Source: Flavobacteriales bacterium
GTDB taxonomy: Bacteria > Bacteroidota > Bacteroidia > Flavobacteriales_F > PHOS-HE28
Length of the DNA stretch: 49,453 bases
Assembly (NCBI GenBank): GCA_017998165.1
Contig: JAGODO010000001.1
Span: 1 to 49,453 of the forward strand
Direction of reading: 5' to 3'
Notes under the pieces: generated by a model
What the model was told of the DNA's origin: nothing
Database searches by the model: none
What the model saw: only the letters and a program-made list of their open reading frames with translations
Translations under genes and position numbers: made by a program
Shown: positions 43,989 through 49,453 of the stretch, piece by piece
How the letters are laid out: every line of letters begins with the position of its first letter
How positions within the stretch are numbered: position 1 is the stretch's first letter

Positions 43989-44492
43989 ATGCGTACCCTC
44001 TACCTCACCCGCCACGCGAAGAGTTCCTGGGATGATCCAGCAACGGACGATTTCCATCGGCCACTGAATGACCGGGGCGAGCGCGATGCGCCGTTCATGG
44101 CCCGGGTGTTCAAGGAGCGCGGCGAGCCCTTGGACCGTTTGGTCAGCAGCCCGGCCGTGCGCGCGATCACCACCTGCAGGATCTTCGCCAAGTCGCTCGG
44201 TGTTGCGGAAACGGCGATCACGCAGGACAAAGGGATCTACCTCGCACCTACCGAAATGCTGCTCCGCATCGTGAACCTGTTGAACGACGACTGGCAGCGC
44301 GTAATGCTCTTCGGGCACAACCCCGGCTTCACGGACCTGGCCCAATACATCAGCGATGCCGACATCGGCGAGATGGCCACCTGCGCCACCGCGCGCATCG
44401 ACTTCACCGTGGACTCCTGGGCCGAAGTGAGCATGGGGCTTGGCACACTCGTCTGGCACGACTACCCCAAGAGACACCCGGAGCTCAAGTAG
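43989..44492 (+). CDS. sixA: Histidine phosphatase superfamily protein (SixA-like)
   Basis: LYLTRHAKS (RHG/RHA catalytic motif) and FGHNPG. Length about 167 aa. Confidence 0.75.
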   Translation: MRTLYLTRHAKSSWDDPATDDFHRPLNDRGERDAPFMARVFKERGEPLDRLVSSPAVRAITTCRIFAKSLGVAETAITQDKGIYLAPTEMLLRIVNLLNDDWQRVMLFGHNPGFTDLAQYISDADIGEMATCATARIDFTVDSWAEVSMGLGTLVWHDYPKRHPELK

Positions 44493-44536
44493 GAAGTGGA
44501 AAGTAGAAAGTGAGGACGATGCGCTTTCCACTTTCC
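44492..44536. terminator. Hairpin between convergent genes (GGAAGTGGAAAG ... CTTTCCACTTTCC)
   Basis: Near-perfect 12-bp inverted repeat (one bulge), spanning the gap between the + gene ending at 44492 and the - gene ending at 44542. Confidence 0.4.
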
Positions 44537-44541
44537 ACCTA

Positions 44542-45882
44542 TCACTCGGAGACCTTTTCCCGATAGATGCTCCGTTTCTGCAGGCTCTCGAAGGGCCGAT
44601 ACACGTAGTACACATGGCCGTCGAATACCTGCGTGCGCTCCGGGTAGCGGTATGTGAGCCGGACGCGTTCGCCGAGCTTTCCGCTTACCGGATCGATGGC
44701 GCGCAACCATTGATAGCCATTGCGCTGGAACACGGCGAACAGGGCGCCGCGTGCCCGATCCTGGATCACACGCCCCGACCAGTCGCGTCCTTCCACCTTC
44801 GAGAGATAAGGAAGCGGAACGTGGCCGACCTCCTTCGGGTCCCGGGTGAATTTCCGTAACCGGGCCGAAGCGTGGTCGAACACGAGCATCGTATCGCCCA
44901 CGACGAACAGCGGCGCGTACACAGGCTTGAACCATACGTTGTGCTGGAATCCGCTCATGTAGCCGGCTACGACCTCCTTGTCCACACCGAGTTCCGATGC
45001 CAGGTTCATCGCCACCACCTTCTCGGGTCCCTTCAGGTACTTGTACTCGCTGCGGAAAAGCGACAGCATGAAGGTGTCCATCACCGTGCAGACCACGCGC
45101 ACGGAATCGTTCACAGGGTCATAGGCGAGGTGATCGAAGACGGGCATCACCAGGTCGCTGTTGCTGCCCAGCACCCATCCCGGTATGCTGTCGGTCCAGG
45201 GCAGCACCTTGTCTTGCAAGTCCTTTAGACCGAAGGGTACCAACTCGATGTCATCCGCGGTACGCGCCACGCCGAACGCGCGGGAGGTCCCTTCGATGAC
45301 GACCGTGTTGCGCAGATCGCGCCGCAGGCCGAGCACCTCTTCAGGCACGGGGCAGCTCGCGTACTCGCGATAGTTGGAATCCAACAGGACGAGCCGGACA
45401 TCGCGCAGGATCTCCTTGCCGGCATCTCCCTCGGCCCGCAGCATGCGTGGATGCTCGTACGCCAGCACCCAGATGCCTTCCTCGTTGATGAGCAGGTCCG
45501 CGGCGTGGAGATCCGCGCGCTGGAAGATCACCTCGGGCTTGCGCGTTACAACGACCGGCTCCAGTTCCGTGGAGGTCAGGCGGACGGTCATCGTGCTCTT
45601 TGGCCGTTGATCCCAGCGAACCTGCACCGTCCTCGTCCTGTAGCTAGGCGCACTGAAAACAATGTCCACGCGAACATCCGTCAGTTGCCGCACGAGGCAG
45701 AACCCCTTGTCATCCGTCAACCCGTGCATGGTCGCCCCCTGATCGGTCCAGGTCAAGCTGACGTTCCCGATAGGTGCGCCTTCCAGACTGTCCAGCACGG
45801 TGAACCCGATGGTGCGCGGTTGCGCCATCGCGAACTGGCCCACGAACAGGGCACAAAAAGCCGCACACCATCCCCGCATCAT
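44542..45882 (-). CDS. Hypothetical secreted protein with N-terminal carboxypeptidase-regulatory-like domain
   Basis: Signal peptide MMRGWCAAFCALFVGQFAMAQ. The next ~90 aa fit a CarboxypepD_reg-like beta-sandwich pattern (GFTVLDSLEGAPIGNVSL...GFCLV). The rest is unassigned. Confidence 0.6.
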   Translation of the reverse strand: MMRGWCAAFCALFVGQFAMAQPRTIGFTVLDSLEGAPIGNVSLTWTDQGATMHGLTDDKGFCLVRQLTDVRVDIVFSAPSYRTRTVQVRWDQRPKSTMTVRLTSTELEPVVVTRKPEVIFQRADLHAADLLINEEGIWVLAYEHPRMLRAEGDAGKEILRDVRLVLLDSNYREYASCPVPEEVLGLRRDLRNTVVIEGTSRAFGVARTADDIELVPFGLKDLQDKVLPWTDSIPGWVLGSNSDLVMPVFDHLAYDPVNDSVRVVCTVMDTFMLSLFRSEYKYLKGPEKVVAMNLASELGVDKEVVAGYMSGFQHNVWFKPVYAPLFVVGDTMLVFDHASARLRKFTRDPKEVGHVPLPYLSKVEGRDWSGRVIQDRARGALFAVFQRNGYQWLRAIDPVSGKLGERVRLTYRYPERTQVFDGHVYYVYRPFESLQKRSIYREKVSE

Positions 45883-45953
45883 CGCGCGTTCTACCTTCAC
45901 GATGCGAAATTCGTGCGGATCGCACATCGGCCCCACCACCCGCTCCTGACCAC

Positions 45954-46475
45954 ATGCACCGCCCCGCAGCGCGCGACCACTACGCCACGCTCGGCCTGCG
46001 ACGCTCCTCGAGCGCACAGGAGATCAAGCGCGCCTACCGCGATCTGGCCAAGCAATGCCACCCGGACATCGACCCATCGCCCCAGGCCGGAGCGCGCTTC
46101 ATGGCCGTTCACGCCGCATACGCCACGCTCAGTGACCCCATGTTACGTATCGCCTACGATGCTCAACTCGCGGATCGCGACCGCCGTGACATGCCCAGAC
46201 CACGTCCGGAACGCTCTGATGCCCCACCACGCTATCGTCAGCGGCAGGAGGAACCGGAGCCGGACATGAACGTACGTTCCTGGGCATTCATCGGCTTGCA
46301 TCTCACCGGCCTGCTCTTCGGCTCCTTGCTCGTGTTGACCCTGCTGGGCGGCATCACCTTCCGCGGCTGGTCGTGGGGCTGGGTGATCTTCATCGCTCCG
46401 GGATTGATCGTGATCCCGGATGCGTGGGCAGGATTGATGATGGTCGCGAAGCGCAAACGCCCGGCTCAGGCCTGA
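45954..46475 (+). CDS. J-domain (DnaJ-like) membrane protein
   Basis: DHYATLGLRRSSSAQEIKRAYRDLAKQCHPD (HPD motif), followed by two C-terminal TM helices. Confidence 0.75.
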   Translation: MHRPAARDHYATLGLRRSSSAQEIKRAYRDLAKQCHPDIDPSPQAGARFMAVHAAYATLSDPMLRIAYDAQLADRDRRDMPRPRPERSDAPPRYRQRQEEPEPDMNVRSWAFIGLHLTGLLFGSLLVLTLLGGITFRGWSWGWVIFIAPGLIVIPDAWAGLMMVAKRKRPAQA

Positions 46476-46541
46476 TCCATCGGCACGCCACCCCGGGAGA
46501 AGTGGTTCTCGTCTCGAGCTATCGGGGCTGGGAATGAGGAT

Positions 46542-47612
46542 TCAATTCACCGGCACCATCCATCCGAACGGATCGGCGATACGGCCCCGGCGGATGTCAT
46601 CCAGCGTCTGTCCGATTCGGTTGCTGAGCTTCCGTTCGGACACCGGAGGCAGTTCGTAGTCGACCCCGTCGTAGGCGATGCTGCGGATATGCGCGATGGT
46701 CGCTGCTGTGCCAGCACCGAACGCCGCTTTCAACCGGCCTTGTTTCAACGCGTCCACCACCTCCTTCACGCTTACACGGCGCACTTCCATCGGTATCTTC
46801 TCGTGCTGCGCGATGCGGATGATGCTGTCGCGCGTAACGCCGTGCAGGATCGTCCCGGTCGTTGCAGGTGTGAGCAGCGTATCGTCGATGCGGAAGAAGA
46901 CGTTCATCGTGCCGCTCTCCTCGAAGTAGGCATGTTCCTCGCCATCGGTCCAGAGCAACTGGTGATAGCCCTGGTCCGCCGCGAGCTTCGCGGGGTAAAG
47001 GGACGCGGCATAGTTGCCACCACACTTGGCCTCGCCCGTTCCTCCGGGGAACGCGCGACTGTATTCCGTCTCGATCTTCACACGCACCTCCTCCTTGTAG
47101 TACCCGCGCACCGGGCAGGTGAAGATGAGGAAGCGATAACCATCGCTGGGACGCACACCGATGTATTCATCGCTGGCGTAGAGCAACGGACGGATGTAGA
47201 GCGCACCCTCCTCGTCCGTTGGGATCCATCCGCTGTCGATGTCCACAAGGGTCTTCAGCGCTTCCATGAAGATATCCTCGGGGATCTCCGGCATGCACAT
47301 GCGGACGGCGCTGCGGTTCATGCGCTCGATGTTCGCCTGCGGTCGGAAGAGGCTCACCCGTCCGTCGGGGGTTTTGTAGGCTTTCAGGCCTTCGAAGATG
47401 GTCTGGCAATAATGAAGCACCAGGGACGCCGGGCTCATCTGCAGATCCGCGAACTCCGCGATGCGCGGCTGTTGCCATTGGCCGTCCTGGAAATCCATGA
47501 TGAACATGTGATCGCTGAAGACACGGCCGAACTTCACATCGTTCAGGTCCGTCTCCGGCAAGCGGCTCCGCTTCGTGCGCTCGATGGCTATCTTTTGCCC
47601 AGTGGTGATCAT
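46542..47612 (-). CDS. ilvE: Branched-chain amino acid aminotransferase
   Basis: From the internal ATG (MITTGQK). Class IV aminotransferase motifs are present (FEGLKAY, catalytic-Lys context EAKCGGNY, LTPATTGTILHGVTR). Confidence 0.9.
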   Translation of the reverse strand: MITTGQKIAIERTKRSRLPETDLNDVKFGRVFSDHMFIMDFQDGQWQQPRIAEFADLQMSPASLVLHYCQTIFEGLKAYKTPDGRVSLFRPQANIERMNRSAVRMCMPEIPEDIFMEALKTLVDIDSGWIPTDEEGALYIRPLLYASDEYIGVRPSDGYRFLIFTCPVRGYYKEEVRVKIETEYSRAFPGGTGEAKCGGNYAASLYPAKLAADQGYHQLLWTDGEEHAYFEESGTMNVFFRIDDTLLTPATTGTILHGVTRDSIIRIAQHEKIPMEVRRVSVKEVVDALKQGRLKAAFGAGTAATIAHIRSIAYDGVDYELPPVSERKLSNRIGQTLDDIRRGRIADPFGWMVPVN

Positions 47613-47729
47613 GGATACCTGTAGCTCTGTCGTCAAATGTAGCGCGGCCCGCTCGTGGCAAGGGTCCGCCGATGTCGCGATCCTACGGCATTTTTCAACG
47701 CTTTGATACACTCCGGCCATATTCGTCCT

Positions 47730-49453
47730 GTGCAGGACATCCGTGAAGTGCTCAAAAGCACCTGGGGCTATGACGCCTTCCGCCCCCGGCAGGAGGAGGT
47801 GATCCGGTCGGTGCTGGAGGGGCACGACACCCTCGCGCTGCTACCGACCGGCGGTGGGAAAAGCCTGTGCTTCCAAGTGCCCGCGCTGGCCCAAGGCCGC
47901 CTGTGCCTGGTGATCAGTCCCCTCATCGCCTTGATGAAGGACCAGGTTGAACGCTTGAAGAAGCTGGGCGTCCGCGCATCCGCGATCACCAGCGGTATGG
48001 ACCATCGGGAGGTCGACAACACCTTGGAGAGTGCGGCGGTCGGCAAGCTCGCCTTCCTCTATGTCTCACCAGAGCGGCTCGCCACCGAAGTGTTCCAAGC
48101 GCGGCTGCACCGCCTGCCCCTGGGTCTTATCGCCGTGGATGAAGCCCATTGCATCAGCCAGTGGGGTTATGACTTCCGTCCCTCCTACCTGCGGATCGCC
48201 GAACTGCGCGAGAAGCATCCGACGGTACCGGTACTCGCGCTCACCGCGAGCGCCACAACAAAGGTCGCGGAGGACATCATGGAGCGCCTTTGCTTCCGGG
48301 AGAAGAAGATGGTACGCGGCTCCTTCCAGCGCCCGGAACTCACCCTGTGGATCAGCCGGGGTGAAGACAAGTCAGGACGCCTGCTGCGTATCGCGGAACA
48401 TGTGCAGGGCAGCGGCATCGTTTACCTGCGCGAGCGGAAAGGCACCGTGCGGATCGCGCAGTTCCTGCGGCAGCATGGGATCAGTACCGCTTCCTACCAT
48501 GCCGGCCTCACCTACGAGGAGCGTGATCGCGTGCAGCGCCAATGGACGGACGGTGAGATCCGCTTCGTTGCGGCCACGAACGCTTTCGGCATGGGCATCG
48601 ACAAGGCCGACGTGCGATGCGTGGTGCACATGGAACCACCTCCGGATCTGGAGAGCTACTACCAGGAGGCCGGTCGTGCGGGCCGCGATGGCCGACCTTC
48701 ATTCGCGTTCCTGCTGATGCACGGAAGTGATGAGGACAAACTGCGGGAGAAGTTCGCCGCGTCCTACCCCAGCCTCGGCGAAGTGCGGCGTGTGTACCAG
48801 GCCTTCGCCGACCTGCACCACATAGCGCTGGGGAGCGGGCAGAATGAGACCTACGACCTGGACCTGCGTGCCATCGCCACCCGCACCGCGCTGAGGCCTT
48901 CCACGGTAAGCCATTGCCTGAAGGCACTGGAACTGGACGGCGGCCTCGTGCTGAGCGACGGTGTGCGGACCCCTTCACGCGTGGGCATGCGCGCGAGCGA
49001 CCGCACCGTATACGACATGCGTGTGAAGGACAACCGGCTCGGTCCGCTGCTCGAAGCGCTGCTCCGCGCGCATGGCGGTCTTTTCGAGGAACCGGCGATC
49101 ATCGATGAGGACCGCATCGCCCGGCAACTCGGCATTGCCCCGGCGACCGTTGCGGCGATGCTCCGTGAACTCGACAAGATGAAGGTCATCTTCTACAAAC
49201 GCCGCAGCGAGCTGCCCACGATCACGCTGCTCACACCGCGACGCGATGCCCAGCTGCTGATGCTCGACAAGGACGCCCTGGAAGCCCGAAAGGAGCGGGC
49301 GCGCGCACGGATGGAGGCCATGGTACGCTTCACCTTCCGTGCGGATGAATGCCGGGAACGCTCGCTGCTGCACTATTTCGGTGAGTACGCGAACGAGGAC
49401 TGCGGCCGATGCGATGCGTGCAAGGGCCGGAGCCCCAACGAACAGGGTACCGT
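47730..49453 (+). CDS. recQ: RecQ family ATP-dependent DNA helicase, 3'-truncated by the window edge (not in the supplied ORF track)
   Basis: I translated this frame myself. An in-frame TAG lies at 47640-47642 and the frame has no stop from 47643 to the window end. Motifs: WGYDAFRPRQ, LLPTGGGKSLCFQ (Walker A), DEAHCISQWGYDFRP, LTASAT, ATNAFGMGIDK, QEAGRAGRDG. A Cys-rich zinc motif begins at the edge (CGRCDAC). I propose the GTG at 47730 as the start; GTG 47655 and TTG 47703 are alternatives. Confidence 0.85.
   Translation, partial: MQDIREVLKSTWGYDAFRPRQEEVIRSVLEGHDTLALLPTGGGKSLCFQVPALAQGRLCLVISPLIALMKDQVERLKKLGVRASAITSGMDHREVDNTLESAAVGKLAFLYVSPERLATEVFQARLHRLPLGLIAVDEAHCISQWGYDFRPSYLRIAELREKHPTVPVLALTASATTKVAEDIMERLCFREKKMVRGSFQRPELTLWISRGEDKSGRLLRIAEHVQGSGIVYLRERKGTVRIAQFLRQHGISTASYHAGLTYEERDRVQRQWTDGEIRFVAATNAFGMGIDKADVRCVVHMEPPPDLESYYQEAGRAGRDGRPSFAFLLMHGSDEDKLREKFAASYPSLGEVRRVYQAFADLHHIALGSGQNETYDLDLRAIATRTALRPSTVSHCLKALELDGGLVLSDGVRTPSRVGMRASDRTVYDMRVKDNRLGPLLEALLRAHGGLFEEPAIIDEDRIARQLGIAPATVAAMLRELDKMKVIFYKRRSELPTITLLTPRRDAQLLMLDKDALEARKERARARMEAMVRFTFRADECRERSLLHYFGEYANEDCGRCDACKGRSPNEQGT

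Noticed and set aside
1-49453. CRISPR arrays, rRNA/tRNA genes, insertion sequences, integrases and prophage or toxin-antitoxin modules.
   Set aside because: I saw no regularly spaced direct repeats, no transposase, integrase or recombinase motifs in any frame, and no tRNA cloverleaf. The window looks like core chromosome with accessory islands, not mobile DNA.

Overview
GC-rich chromosomal segment that looks like Bacteroidota. The evidence is several secreted proteins with T9SS type A or type B C-terminal sorting domains, a TPR/PD40/OmpA envelope protein and PD40 lipoproteins. I found no rRNA, tRNA, CRISPR array, transposase or integrase. Most of the window is ordinary housekeeping and accessory metabolism:
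- GH3 beta-glucosidase with PA14 insert, yaaA, two MFS transporters, two GNATs, O-methyltransferase, pirin, NmrA-like, OsmC
- selU-selD, two PQQ-type sugar dehydrogenase modules, PAP2, acylphosphatase
- queE, vsr, a KirBac-type K+ channel, M14 carboxypeptidase, SixA-like phosphatase, J-domain protein, ilvE
- a 3'-truncated recQ that is absent from the supplied ORF track

The stand-out locus is a tightly packed minus-strand cluster at 12631-18341.
- A 129-aa protein ends exactly in Gly-Gly-stop.
- 2 nt downstream an 856-aa DUF4132-like protein begins.
- Its stop overlaps (GTGA) the start of a short, zinc-less ThiF/MoeB-type E1 adenylyltransferase.
- After a 95-nt gap comes an ATGA-coupled pair: an SPFH/band-7 protein and a divergent NAD-kinase-fold protein.
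- No E2, JAB/DUB, rhodanese, thiamine or molybdopterin genes accompany it, so it does not match the bacterial ubiquitin-like or sulfur-carrier operons I can recall.

Other points:
- a roughly 200-360 nt structured-RNA candidate upstream of queE
- two apparent single-site frameshifts, in an SRPBCC gene and a T9SS type B cargo gene
- an orphan vsr translationally overlapped with an OmpA-family gene
- a bacterial AT-hook protein
- several hairpins or palindromes between genes

All family calls come from reading motifs in the translations. No database search was possible. Many long ORFs in the track are antisense shadow ORFs typical of GC-rich DNA and were discarded.
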